NCBI GenBank assembly: GCA_963667035.1
Contig: OY762964.1
Span: 1,344,001-1,408,000, forward strand
Direction of reading: 5' to 3'
Source of the DNA: Candidatus Cloacimonadales bacterium
GTDB lineage: Bacteria > Cloacimonadota > Cloacimonadia > Cloacimonadales > JAFGVF01
DNA length: 64,000 bases
The notes under the pieces were generated by a model. The model saw only the letters and a list, made by a program, of their open reading frames with translations. It had not been told where the DNA came from and did not search any database. A program made the translations under genes and the position numbers. Shown piece after piece: positions 39,183 through 49,498 of this stretch (positions are counted from its first letter, which is position 1; each line of letters starts with the position of its first letter).

Positions 39183-40238
39183 ATGATACATAGAAAAATG
39201 ACTAAACAAATAACTGTTGGTGATGTACCAATTGGAGGATTGTCTCCAATTTCGATACAATCAATGACCAACACAAAGACTTCAGATGTTGAAAAAACAC
39301 TAAAACAGATTATTGAACTGGAAGAAGCAGGATGCGAAATAGTCAGATGTGCAGTTCCTGACACTGAATCAGCTAAAGCAATATCTCTGATAAAAGAGAA
39401 AATCAACATTCCTCTAATTGCAGATATACATTTTGATTATAAACTGGCTCTACAATCTATAGATGCAGGTATAGACGGGTTAAGAATAAATCCTGGAAAC
39501 ATTGGAAGTGCAAACAAAGTTAAAGAAGTCGTTACTGCGGCTCAACAGAACTCTGTACCTATTAGAATCGGGGTAAATGCCGGTTCATTAGATAAAAATC
39601 TTTTAAACAAGTATGGTGTGTGTGCAGAAAGCTTAGTAAAATCGGCTTTGGAACATGTAAAAATCCTTGAAAGCTTATCCTTCTATGATACAAAGATTTC
39701 AGTGAAGAGTTCAGATTTAAACATCATGATTGAGAGCTATCGTCTCCTAAGTAACACAGTAGACTATCCCCTCCATCTTGGAGTGACCGAGGCCGGAACA
39801 TATCTATCAGCTACAGTAAAATCATCAATCGGAATGGGAGTGTTACTGAAAGAAGGTATTGGCGATACTATAAGAGTATCTCTTACAGGAAATCCGGTTG
39901 ACGAAGTTATGATAGCCAAAACTATACTAAAATCCTTGGATTTGAGAAAAGGGTTACAAATCATATCATGTCCAACATGCGGAAGAACAAACATCGACTT
40001 AATATCTCTAGCAAACAAAGTAGAGAAGGCACTTCTTCCCTATTCTGACCTTGATATTAAAGTAGCAGTTATGGGATGTGTCGTGAACGGTCCGGGGGAA
40101 GCCAAGGAAGCTGATTTCGGTATTGCAGGAGGAAATGGAGAAGGTCTACTATTCAAAAAAGGAGAAATTCTTTGTAAACTCCCTGAAGAAAAGCTTTTAC
40201 CTGAATTAATAAAGCTGATTGACAATAGTATTAAATGA
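39183..40238 (+). CDS. ispG: (E)-4-hydroxy-3-methylbut-2-enyl-diphosphate synthase
   Basis: IQSMTNT, ADIHFD, RINPGNIG, PLHLGVTEAG, SCPTCGR, MGCVVNGPGEA. Confidence 0.98.
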   Translation: MIHRKMTKQITVGDVPIGGLSPISIQSMTNTKTSDVEKTLKQIIELEEAGCEIVRCAVPDTESAKAISLIKEKINIPLIADIHFDYKLALQSIDAGIDGLRINPGNIGSANKVKEVVTAAQQNSVPIRIGVNAGSLDKNLLNKYGVCAESLVKSALEHVKILESLSFYDTKISVKSSDLNIMIESYRLLSNTVDYPLHLGVTEAGTYLSATVKSSIGMGVLLKEGIGDTIRVSLTGNPVDEVMIAKTILKSLDLRKGLQIISCPTCGRTNIDLISLANKVEKALLPYSDLDIKVAVMGCVVNGPGEAKEADFGIAGGNGEGLLFKKGEILCKLPEEKLLPELIKLIDNSIK

Positions 40239-41914
40239 TTCGTAAATTATATCTATCTATCATCATTCTAATACTCTCAACTTATATATATTGCATAACA
40301 ATAAACAGCATATCTTTTGAAGGAAATGAGATTGTTATAGATAAGGAATTAGAGAAAATTGTTAAATCCAAGAAGGGAGACAATTTCTCTTACGATAGTA
40401 TAATTGATGATATGGAGCGAATAGCTGACTATTACAAGTCAAAACATCTATATCTAACAGAGATTGCTCTTCCTGAAGTTCTCCAACATTCAAGCAATTC
40501 AGTAAATATAGTATTTCATATTAGCAATGAAAGAAGAATGCTTGTTAATGAGGTTGAATTCATTGGGAATCACTATTTCTCTGACTCAAAACTGAAAGAG
40601 ATATTACATCTAAGCTTTCCAATTGAGTTATCTCAGATAAACAGTATACTTCAGCAGTTATCCGATATCTACTTAAACAGAAACTATCTTTTTATTAACA
40701 CTTCAGTGCACGAGCTCATTGAAACCGGAGCAGGATATAAAGTAGTTATCGATATTGATGAAGGCAAACCATGCCATTTTACGAATTTTTCTTTTAGAGG
40801 AAACAAGATAACTAAAGACAAGATTCTTTTAAAAATATCAGGGCTTTCGACCGATAGAACTCTTACACCTGATGTATTTGAACAAGCTTCTGAGAATGTA
40901 AGAAAAAAAGAATATATCAAAACCTGTGATATCTATCCTATAAACGATAAGACACTACTCTTTGACGTTGTTGAAGATAAAATGACTTATTTTTCCGGAT
41001 TAGCGGGTTATGATAACTCTGAAGATAAGAAAAACAGATTTAGTGGTTATTTAAATTTTAAGTTCTTAAATCTGTTCGGCACAGATAGAAATCTTAATTT
41101 TAACTGGGAACAATACCCCAGTGATTACAGTAAACTGAATCTATTTTATGAAGACTCAGGTCCGATTAACATACCTATCGGGGGCTCGCTAAGCTTAACA
41201 AGAATTGAGCAGGACTCAACATACATTGATACCGGTGTTACAACTGAACTATATTACTATAATCTAAAGAACAAGTATGGTATTGAATTTAGTTTTTCGG
41301 ATATTACTGCCGGTTCCAGAAGACCAATATTAATACAACCTGAGAAACAGTACTCTGCCGGTGTTTTCTGGAATTACTCCGATGTTGATTACTATATTAA
41401 TCCGACTAATGGAATGGATTTTAATGTTAGATTTAGATTTACAAATGTAATAGCAGACTCTTCCTCAACCAATAGAGAGCATACGGAAATTAGTTGGAAC
41501 AACTACGAAGAAATCATTAAATACTTTGTAATGAAAGTAGGAATAAGCGGGAACTATGTTACTGATCATAATGTAGAAATTTATAATCAATATCAAATGG
41601 GTGGATTTAATAGTTTGAGAGGTTTTACAGAAAACAGATTTAACGGTTTCTTTACCGGTTGGTCAAGTTTGGAGCTAAGATACCTTTTAAACAGAGATTC
41701 TCGAATTCATCTATTCTTCGACTATGGTGTACTAATGTATCAGGATGTGCTTGAAGAAAAGTCTCAATACAACTTGATAGGTACCGGATTAGGTATTAGA
41801 TTAAAGACAGCCGTTGGTCTGTTAGGAATAGACTACGCTCTTGGTTACGATTCACAAGAGTGGACATCCCCAATGAACGGTATGCTGCATTTCGGATTTG
41901 AAACTAAATTCTAG
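40235..41914 (+). CDS. BamA/TamA (Omp85) family outer-membrane protein with POTRA domains
   Basis: ISFEGN/EFIGN/SFRGN POTRA starts; GGFNSLRGF; C-terminal HFGFETKF. Confidence 0.85.
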   Translation: MIRKLYLSIIILILSTYIYCITINSISFEGNEIVIDKELEKIVKSKKGDNFSYDSIIDDMERIADYYKSKHLYLTEIALPEVLQHSSNSVNIVFHISNERRMLVNEVEFIGNHYFSDSKLKEILHLSFPIELSQINSILQQLSDIYLNRNYLFINTSVHELIETGAGYKVVIDIDEGKPCHFTNFSFRGNKITKDKILLKISGLSTDRTLTPDVFEQASENVRKKEYIKTCDIYPINDKTLLFDVVEDKMTYFSGLAGYDNSEDKKNRFSGYLNFKFLNLFGTDRNLNFNWEQYPSDYSKLNLFYEDSGPINIPIGGSLSLTRIEQDSTYIDTGVTTELYYYNLKNKYGIEFSFSDITAGSRRPILIQPEKQYSAGVFWNYSDVDYYINPTNGMDFNVRFRFTNVIADSSSTNREHTEISWNNYEEIIKYFVMKVGISGNYVTDHNVEIYNQYQMGGFNSLRGFTENRFNGFFTGWSSLELRYLLNRDSRIHLFFDYGVLMYQDVLEEKSQYNLIGTGLGIRLKTAVGLLGIDYALGYDSQEWTSPMNGMLHFGFETKF

Positions 41915-41921
41915 GAGAATT

Positions 41922-42380
41922 ATGAAACTAGCAACTTTATGTTATATAAGAGAGTCTGACAAAACTCTAATGTTGCACAGAATAAAGAAAGAAAATGATA
42001 TTCATAAAGACAAATGGAATGGATTGGGAGGAAAACTTGAGCAAGGAGAATCCCCTGAGGAATGCCTAATCAGAGAGGTGAAAGAAGAAAGTGGTTTAGA
42101 TGTGATTGATTACAGACTTGCAGGATTTCTAACTTTTCCTCTTTTTGATGGTAAACATGACTGGTACGTTTATCTTTACGAAGTAAACAAAGTAACCGGG
42201 ACTATCATAGACTCTCCCGAAGGTAAGCTAGAGTGGATAAATAATGAAGATCTTTTCGATTTACCTCTATGGGAAGGAGATCACAAATTCATTAAATGGA
42301 TGTTCGAAGGTAGATTCTTCTCTGCCAAGTTTATCTATAAAAATTCAATCTTAATAGATAGTTCAGTTAAATTCTATTGA
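41922..42380 (+). CDS. NUDIX hydrolase (8-oxo-dGTP diphosphatase-like)
   Basis: Nudix box GGKLEQGESPEECLIREVKEESGL; LPLWEGD. Confidence 0.9.
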   Translation: MKLATLCYIRESDKTLMLHRIKKENDIHKDKWNGLGGKLEQGESPEECLIREVKEESGLDVIDYRLAGFLTFPLFDGKHDWYVYLYEVNKVTGTIIDSPEGKLEWINNEDLFDLPLWEGDHKFIKWMFEGRFFSAKFIYKNSILIDSSVKFY

Positions 42381-45300
42381 TTATGAAGAAAATCCTTTTT
42401 GCAATACTATTAGTTACTTGTTTAAACTATTTAAACAGCATTACTTATAATTCTTTGCTAAAGAAACAAGAAACTATTATATGCAATGGAATTGATACTG
42501 AGTTCCAACTCACCTATTACCCTATTATAACTAATACCTTAAAAATTTCAGGGATTTCGGATACTTTACTACTGAATGTCGACAATAAAAATGGTACTAT
42601 AACATTTCATAACCCTCCTGACGTTACTCTTTCTGTTGAGTATTCTGTTTATCCGAAAGGTATTACTGACAGTTTTTATTACTTTAAACAGATAGTCCTC
42701 TCCGACTCAGTTGATGTTAAGAATGTTAAGCTTAATAGAACAAGCTTTAACAGTAACAGTAACTTAATGGTTTCAGGTTCTAAAACATTCTCAATCTCTG
42801 TAGCTAGAGATCAAGGAGTTGACTTAGATCAATCACTTTTCTTAAGAATTAGTGGTGAACTAAGCAACAACATTAACATTGAAGCACAACTATCTGATAG
42901 TGAATCACCTATATCACCGGAAGGTAATTCTAAAGAGCTGAGTAATCTTGATGAAATATACATCAGAATCTACGGTAAGCAATATGAACTGGCTTTTGGT
43001 GATTTGGAATCTAAGTTTTCCGGTACTAAGTTTATCAATTACTCAACCAAATTCGAAGGACTTAAAGCCAATTATAATTCCGGTATAAAAGTTGGTGGAG
43101 CTTTAGCTGTAACCAAAGCAAAGAATGCAGAGAATGAATTTAATTGTATTGATGGCAAACAAGGACCATACTATCTTTCAATAAATGATAATCCTTACAA
43201 TCTTTTGATTATTCCTGGAACAGAAAATGTATTTATCAACGGAATTCAAGCTTCAAGAGGAAGTGATTATACAATTGATTATTCTGACGGTTCAATAACT
43301 TTCATTAAAATTGTTAACTCGAACACGTCAATAAGAGTAAATTATCAATATTCAAATGAACGCTATAATCAGAATCTTTATCTTGCTGAAGCAGGAACAA
43401 AACTTTTTGATAGACTATATTTTAACACATATTTGATATCCAAATCAGACAATAGAAATCAACCCATTGATACAGAGTTTAATATATTAGAGAAAGATGC
43501 TTTATCATTTGCCGGAGATAATGAAGTGTTTATTGATGGAGTTATTGGTCCATTGGAACCGGGAACCGGACAGTATATTCTTTCTGATAACGAACAATAC
43601 TATGTTTACTCAGATAGTCTGGGGGTATATAATATCAGTTTCACTTATATGGGTACAGGACAAGGAAACTATTCCGAAATTAGTCCCTCCGTGTTTGAAT
43701 ACAGAGGACAAGGAGAAGGTGAATGGCTACCGATAAAACAGCTTTATGCACCGGAACAACAAACAAATGTAGATTTATCTTTGAAATATGAATATAATTG
43801 GTTTAAGACAAAAGCTGAAGCTATTTTCTCACACTTCGACCAAAATACCTTTAGCTCTATGGATGATAGTGACAATGACAGTTGGTCTACTTATGGAGAG
43901 ATTTCTTTAAAACCTGACTGGGATAAGTTTAATCCTTTTCTAACCTTCTCAGTAACTGTGTTAGAAAAAGAGAGAAAACTTTTTGCCGACATCAAGAATG
44001 CTAATGACAGCAATAGCCTTATCTATCTCCCATCAACTGATACAACCTCTGTTGAAGAATACAACTTATCAACAGGTACAGAGATATATAAAAAGTTTGC
44101 ACTTGATATCAATTTAAAGAAAAAAGATAGTAAGTCACTCTTCAAACAAGACTATATGAAATTCAACACAAAATTAATGCAGTTATCAAAGTATACCCCA
44201 TCTGTTAACTACTCACTTTTATTAACTGATGAAGAGTACTATGACTACCTCTACTCGAATTCAAATACAGAACAACATGATTTGCTTCTTAACTACAATG
44301 TCAGTAAACTTAACCTAAATGGAGCTTTTGCTCAATACATAATAGAACAGACTCCTGAAGTAATCGATATCCCTTTCGGAACAAAGTATACTAGCTATAT
44401 TTCGGGATTAGCATTAAACGAAATTAAGTATTATCAAGGAAACATAAGTTATAGAATAGAACAAAATGATACTCTAACAGTTCAAGATGATTGGGCTATA
44501 GTTAAAGAAACAAAGACAATATCTACTGAGCATAGTATTAACAGCAATAATGTCCATTTGAATTTATTCTATAATCATAGTAGTATAAAGAATACTTCGT
44601 TACACACTAAGCAGAATATAGATTTAATGAAACTAACAAGTATTACAGGATTAATTAATAATGCTATCAGTTTTACAGGTAACTATGAAGTAAACAATCT
44701 GGAGTTTTATCCACAAGTAAGAAAGCTTGTTTACGTTGGAAAAGAGGAAGGTGCTTACGATGAAAACGGTGAGTTTGAGGAAGAACTTCTCTATGATTAT
44801 GAATATATTAACTCAGGAGATTCCGAATTATCTATAGAACTAAACACTGATGCAAATCTATTTCTAGATTTTAAATCTATCTTTAAAGATAACATTATAA
44901 GTAAAGTGCAATCTGAATCATACATACAAGTTACCGAGAATTCAAGATCAAAGAATAGATGGGAAGTTTATCTTTTGAAACCATCAACAACCTTTAATGA
45001 CTCTACTTCTATATATTCAAATAGATTGTTAAGACAAACATTGTGGATCGATGTAATCCCCAGAAAATGCTTTACTATATTCGCATATGAGTCTAATAAA
45101 ACACTTGATAACAGATATCTTAGTGAATATGATGATGCAACTAGGATTAAAGAAAATGTGTATGATAGCTCTGTAAGATTATTAGATATAATCAGTCTTG
45201 ATTGGGATTTTGGTTATAGAAATACGTTAACGGAAGATTCAAAATATAGGTCAAAAGTCACACAAAATGCTATATCTCTTGATATTGAAAGAAAATTGTC

Positions 45301-45652
45301 CACCAAACTTATTCTTAGCAATGAGTTGTCCTATCAAATAGAGAAAGGTGGAAAGCAGACCGGAGATGATTCTTATGAGATAGTTTCATATTCAACAAGA
45401 CCTTCAATATCATGGTATTATAAGAGGATTAGAGTTAACAGTTTCTTGAATGTTATTTCCAATTCCCGTAGTGGATCTACTTTCTTAACCAACTATTCGG
45501 GTAAAAGAGACGGAACTATTAGTAATTGGGCTATGAAAATTTACTACAAGTTTAATAAGTATACTTCAGTAAATCTAGACTACACAGGAAACAAGTATCC
45601 AGATGACCCGACTGAGCATAAGCTTACTCTTGAAGTTAAGGCGGAATTTTAA
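42377..45652 (+). CDS. Large outer-membrane beta-barrel protein with SprA-like N-terminal segment
   Basis: Signal peptide; GSKTFSIS..SGELS..LSD..PISPEGN; GPYYL..PGTENVFING..DYTIDY..GSITF; ends EVKAEF. Confidence 0.65.
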   Translation: MIMKKILFAILLVTCLNYLNSITYNSLLKKQETIICNGIDTEFQLTYYPIITNTLKISGISDTLLLNVDNKNGTITFHNPPDVTLSVEYSVYPKGITDSFYYFKQIVLSDSVDVKNVKLNRTSFNSNSNLMVSGSKTFSISVARDQGVDLDQSLFLRISGELSNNINIEAQLSDSESPISPEGNSKELSNLDEIYIRIYGKQYELAFGDLESKFSGTKFINYSTKFEGLKANYNSGIKVGGALAVTKAKNAENEFNCIDGKQGPYYLSINDNPYNLLIIPGTENVFINGIQASRGSDYTIDYSDGSITFIKIVNSNTSIRVNYQYSNERYNQNLYLAEAGTKLFDRLYFNTYLISKSDNRNQPIDTEFNILEKDALSFAGDNEVFIDGVIGPLEPGTGQYILSDNEQYYVYSDSLGVYNISFTYMGTGQGNYSEISPSVFEYRGQGEGEWLPIKQLYAPEQQTNVDLSLKYEYNWFKTKAEAIFSHFDQNTFSSMDDSDNDSWSTYGEISLKPDWDKFNPFLTFSVTVLEKERKLFADIKNANDSNSLIYLPSTDTTSVEEYNLSTGTEIYKKFALDINLKKKDSKSLFKQDYMKFNTKLMQLSKYTPSVNYSLLLTDEEYYDYLYSNSNTEQHDLLLNYNVSKLNLNGAFAQYIIEQTPEVIDIPFGTKYTSYISGLALNEIKYYQGNISYRIEQNDTLTVQDDWAIVKETKTISTEHSINSNNVHLNLFYNHSSIKNTSLHTKQNIDLMKLTSITGLINNAISFTGNYEVNNLEFYPQVRKLVYVGKEEGAYDENGEFEEELLYDYEYINSGDSELSIELNTDANLFLDFKSIFKDNIISKVQSESYIQVTENSRSKNRWEVYLLKPSTTFNDSTSIYSNRLLRQTLWIDVIPRKCFTIFAYESNKTLDNRYLSEYDDATRIKENVYDSSVRLLDIISLDWDFGYRNTLTEDSKYRSKVTQNAISLDIERKLSTKLILSNELSYQIEKGGKQTGDDSYEIVSYSTRPSISWYYKRIRVNSFLNVISNSRSGSTFLTNYSGKRDGTISNWAMKIYYKFNKYTSVNLDYTGNKYPDDPTEHKLTLEVKAEF

Positions 45653-45654
45653 CC

Positions 45655-46425
45655 ATGGAAATTGATATATTTACTTACCTTATTATATTACCAATGATTT
45701 TTCTAGCAGGTTTGCTTGATTCGATAGCCGGTGGCGGAGGCTTAATCTCTGTCCCTGCATATTTAGCTGCAGGACTTCCTCCTCACTATGCACTTGGAAA
45801 CAATAAGTTCTCATCTAGTAGTGGAACAATCTTCTCTACAATAAGATATTTTAAGCACGGAATGATAGATTTACCAATAGCTATATGTAGTTCATCTTTT
45901 GCATTAATAGGCTCTTTTCTAGGAACAAAAACTGTTCTTTGGCTTAATCCATACTTCTTATACTATATACTACTAGTATTGATTCCAATTATGACGGTTG
46001 TTACAATTTATAAGAAAGATATTGGAAAGAATAATCAATCACACTCAATCACCCGTTGTCGTAAAATGTTGATTGGTAGTATTGCAGGATTAGTGATTGG
46101 ATTCTATGATGGATTCTTCGGACCCGGAACTGGAGCTTTCTTGATAATGATTTATACTATAGCTCTTAAGTATGACTTTATAATTGCAAATGGTAATACA
46201 AAAGTAGTCAATCTAGCATCGAACTTGGCAGCTCTTATAACCTTCCTTTTAAATGGGAAAGTCATATTTGCTATAGCTATCCCTACCGCAATATTTGGTA
46301 TTGCTGGGAATTTAGCAGGCTCTCATATGGTTGTTAAGAAAGGGAACAAGATTATTCGTCCCGTATTTATAATAGCTTTGAGCATTCTGCTTGTAAAAAT
46401 AATCTATGATTTAATAATAAATTAA
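45655..46425 (+). CDS. TauE/SafE (TSUP) family permease
   Basis: DSIAGGGGLISVP, GNNK, GFYDGFFGPGTG, NLASN. Confidence 0.92.
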   Translation: MEIDIFTYLIILPMIFLAGLLDSIAGGGGLISVPAYLAAGLPPHYALGNNKFSSSSGTIFSTIRYFKHGMIDLPIAICSSSFALIGSFLGTKTVLWLNPYFLYYILLVLIPIMTVVTIYKKDIGKNNQSHSITRCRKMLIGSIAGLVIGFYDGFFGPGTGAFLIMIYTIALKYDFIIANGNTKVVNLASNLAALITFLLNGKVIFAIAIPTAIFGIAGNLAGSHMVVKKGNKIIRPVFIIALSILLVKIIYDLIIN

Positions 46426-46439
46426 TTGCATTATATTGA

Positions 46440-46476
46440 AAATCATGACCACCAGCTAAGCTGGTGGTCATGATTT
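46440..46476. terminator. 17-bp perfect palindrome between convergent genes (bidirectional terminator / REP-like)
   Basis: AAATCATGACCACCAGC-TAA-GCTGGTGGTCATGATTT. Confidence 0.75.
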
Positions 46477-46488
46477 CTCGCTTAATAA

Positions 46489-47769
46489 TTATTCGATACA
46501 CTCCATAACATCAATATATAGAAGTGCGTTAAACAGTTTACTAATCTTAACTCCACATGGTTCATTATGACAATCAACCGAAGTTAATATAAAATCGGAA
46601 TCTAATCCTTGAAGCTTTAAAAATCCGTATTGCAAATTCCTATCATGAATAATACTTTCAAGAGAGCCTTGTTCTGACATAATGGCTTCTCTTATATCAA
46701 AGTTACCTTGAAAAGCCATGGGATTGTATTCTCCCGAATAAGAAATTGTACCTATAGAATAGACATCCTCCCCATACTCTTTATACAACCTCTCACCCAT
46801 CAACTCTCCTACCCAAGAGAATGTATCTCCATCATCAACAAACTCCTGAACCGTTTCCGGAGAATAGCAATCCTTATAATCCTTAACAATATGCTGATTA
46901 TGTGCCCAGATGATTATCTTTTCATTAGGGAACTTGTTTTCAAGTAACCACTTAACATTATCTGCCATCATGTTATCTCTAATAATTAGTTGCTTGTCCC
47001 ATTCCTCTGTCATAGTAACTTTAATGTTTGAGATAAGATTGTTAAGTTCCTGTTTGAAGAATCCTTTAGCATTATTATCATTAGCAATCTCTTCAAGTAA
47101 TGTCTTAGTAGTATTTAAATCCGAATAAAAAGTTGGTCTATTCTCTATCTCTCCAGATTCAAAACTTCTTACAGTATCTAGTAAGTTAGTATCATTTACT
47201 CTACCCTTGAATTTATCAGGAATACTGTCCTGAATGAATTTGATATACTGTTCTAAGGCCGCAGGAGATTTAAAGAGATGCTTATTATCAAAACCAGTTA
47301 TGGTTATTGGCCTATCCTTTTGTGATTGTATGTAATCATAGAAGGGGTGGATGTTTTTACCATAGCGCCAGAATATAAATAAGCTGTTCTTTAAAGCCTC
47401 AAAATCATTATCCTCAGAGGCATATCCTTCTGATAATGTATTGCATTCGTAAAAATCAGATTCAAAAGCTAACACATTAAAATCCATATTCTCATGCAGA
47501 TACTTCACTATCTTAGCTTTTAACAGAAAAGTTGTTCCGTCTCCATGATCCTGTTCTCCCAGTAAAACTATACGAGAGTCACGTATAGTATCTTTTAAAA
47601 AAGACATATCATTCATATCTTGAGATAAATCTAATGAATTGATTGGTATAAGATTATCATACACTAGTTGCTTTGATTTCATAGTATTGTCCTTTTGAAT
47701 TGAGTATAATCCCATTATAAACAGAATATGTAATATTATTAGGAAATCTCTTTTATTAAAACAATTCAT
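46489..47769 (-). CDS. Erythromycin esterase (Ere-like) family hydrolase
   Basis: IVLLGEQDHGDG, LAFESDF, RDNMMADNV, IIIWAHNQHI, FNALLYID. Confidence 0.85.
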   Translation of the reverse strand: MNCFNKRDFLIILHILFIMGLYSIQKDNTMKSKQLVYDNLIPINSLDLSQDMNDMSFLKDTIRDSRIVLLGEQDHGDGTTFLLKAKIVKYLHENMDFNVLAFESDFYECNTLSEGYASEDNDFEALKNSLFIFWRYGKNIHPFYDYIQSQKDRPITITGFDNKHLFKSPAALEQYIKFIQDSIPDKFKGRVNDTNLLDTVRSFESGEIENRPTFYSDLNTTKTLLEEIANDNNAKGFFKQELNNLISNIKVTMTEEWDKQLIIRDNMMADNVKWLLENKFPNEKIIIWAHNQHIVKDYKDCYSPETVQEFVDDGDTFSWVGELMGERLYKEYGEDVYSIGTISYSGEYNPMAFQGNFDIREAIMSEQGSLESIIHDRNLQYGFLKLQGLDSDFILTSVDCHNEPCGVKISKLFNALLYIDVMECIE

Positions 47770-47935
47770 ACTCGCCCACCTTTAGAAATAATGGTCTAGA
47801 TAAATCGATAAACAATAAATGAGTCAAGTAAAATTGCAAAATAGTTAACATAAGAAGAAAAACTAAGCATAAACAATCCTTCTTGACAATAACCAATATA
47901 GATAAATTGTTATAAAAATAACAATCGGAGCTTAA

Positions 47936-49498
47936 TTGAGTAAGAATAGATTAGCTAAAAATATTAGTATAATGTCAGTTTCTGTTTTCTTAAGTAGGAT
48001 CCTTGGATTAATAAGAGATCAGGTGATGGCATATTTCTTTGGTACAACCTTTTACAATGATGCATTTAATGCTGCCTTTAACCTGCCTAATCTCCTAAGG
48101 AGACTATTTGGAGAGGGTGCATTATCTGCGGCATTTGTTCCAATCTATAATGAAATAGGTGTAAAAAAAAGTAAGAAAGAGCAATACAATTTCGCTTTAA
48201 ATGTGATGAGCTTGTTATCGGCATTCTTGTTAATACTAACAGGGTTAGGAGTACTATTAGCGCCTTATTTAATCAAGCTGTTCTTTCCTGGATTTGATGC
48301 AGGGACATCTGAGCTGACTGTAAGCTTGACCAGAATTCTGTTTCCTTATCTGTTTTGTATTGGGCTTTCCTCAACAATGATTGCAATTCTTAATTCTCAT
48401 GATAAGTTCTTCATGACAGGTTTATCATCCGGATTACTTAATATAGGATGGATGGCTTTCCTTATCATTCCTAGGCTCATGGGAATTGAATCAAATTATT
48501 TGTTGGTGCATTACGCTTCTTATGGTGTATTAGTTGGTGGAGTACTACAAATACTGATTAACATACCATTTTTAATAAAACTTGGTTATCATTTTAAGTT
48601 AAGCTTGAAGATTACCGGAGAAGCCATATCAGCTTTATGGAGAAGATTTATTCCCGGAGTAATTGGTATCGGGGTAAGACAACTGAATCTTATAGCCGAT
48701 AATCTTATGGCATCATTCCTTCAAACTGGTAGTATTACGGCTCTTATGTATGGTAACAGATTAATGCAACTTCCCCTAGGAATCTTCGGGATTGCGACAA
48801 GTACCGCCGTTTTGCCTATGTTTTCAAGGTATGTTGTTGAAGAGAAATGGAAAGAATTATCCGATAGTTTAAGATTTGCTATTTTGTCTTTAGCCAACAT
48901 CATGATTCCGATTGCTGTACTTCTTATAGGTCTGGGAGAAGACATCATAACTGTTCTTTTTAAAAGAGGTGAGTTTGATACTCAAGCGGTAAGTATGACC
49001 TATTTTGCTTTGATGTTTTACAGCATAGGACTACTTTTCTTTAGTATTAATCAAACATTGATTCCACTTTTTTATGCTAATAAAGACACAAAAACTCCTG
49101 TTATTCTTGCTTCCTTTATGGTAGTATTGAACATATCATTGAACTATGTTCTAATGCAATTCATGGGACATGGTGGTCTTGCATTATCTACAACTGTTAC
49201 AGCAATTGTAAATTGCACTATTCTATTGCTACTTATAAAAAAACGTTATAAATTTATCAAATTCTCAGGAATAGCACTAAATATAATCAAAGCTCTCGGA
49301 CTTTCAGGACTGCTATTTGTTTTAGTTAACTTTCTGACTAGTTTGTACAATCCTCAATCAATATGGTTACTTTTTGCTAAAGTAGGTGCTATTTCTATTG
49401 TTACAGTAGCTCTTTACATAACACTTGCAACTTTAATGAAAATTGATTACGCTGATTATGCGGTTAAAAGATTATGGCAAAGATTTCGGAAGAATTAA
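47936..49498 (+). CDS. murJ: Lipid II flippase
   Basis: SRILGLIRD, AFNLPNLLRRLFGEGAL, RLMQLPLG, LFKRGEF. Confidence 0.96.
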   Translation: MSKNRLAKNISIMSVSVFLSRILGLIRDQVMAYFFGTTFYNDAFNAAFNLPNLLRRLFGEGALSAAFVPIYNEIGVKKSKKEQYNFALNVMSLLSAFLLILTGLGVLLAPYLIKLFFPGFDAGTSELTVSLTRILFPYLFCIGLSSTMIAILNSHDKFFMTGLSSGLLNIGWMAFLIIPRLMGIESNYLLVHYASYGVLVGGVLQILINIPFLIKLGYHFKLSLKITGEAISALWRRFIPGVIGIGVRQLNLIADNLMASFLQTGSITALMYGNRLMQLPLGIFGIATSTAVLPMFSRYVVEEKWKELSDSLRFAILSLANIMIPIAVLLIGLGEDIITVLFKRGEFDTQAVSMTYFALMFYSIGLLFFSINQTLIPLFYANKDTKTPVILASFMVVLNISLNYVLMQFMGHGGLALSTTVTAIVNCTILLLLIKKRYKFIKFSGIALNIIKALGLSGLLFVLVNFLTSLYNPQSIWLLFAKVGAISIVTVALYITLATLMKIDYADYAVKRLWQRFRKN

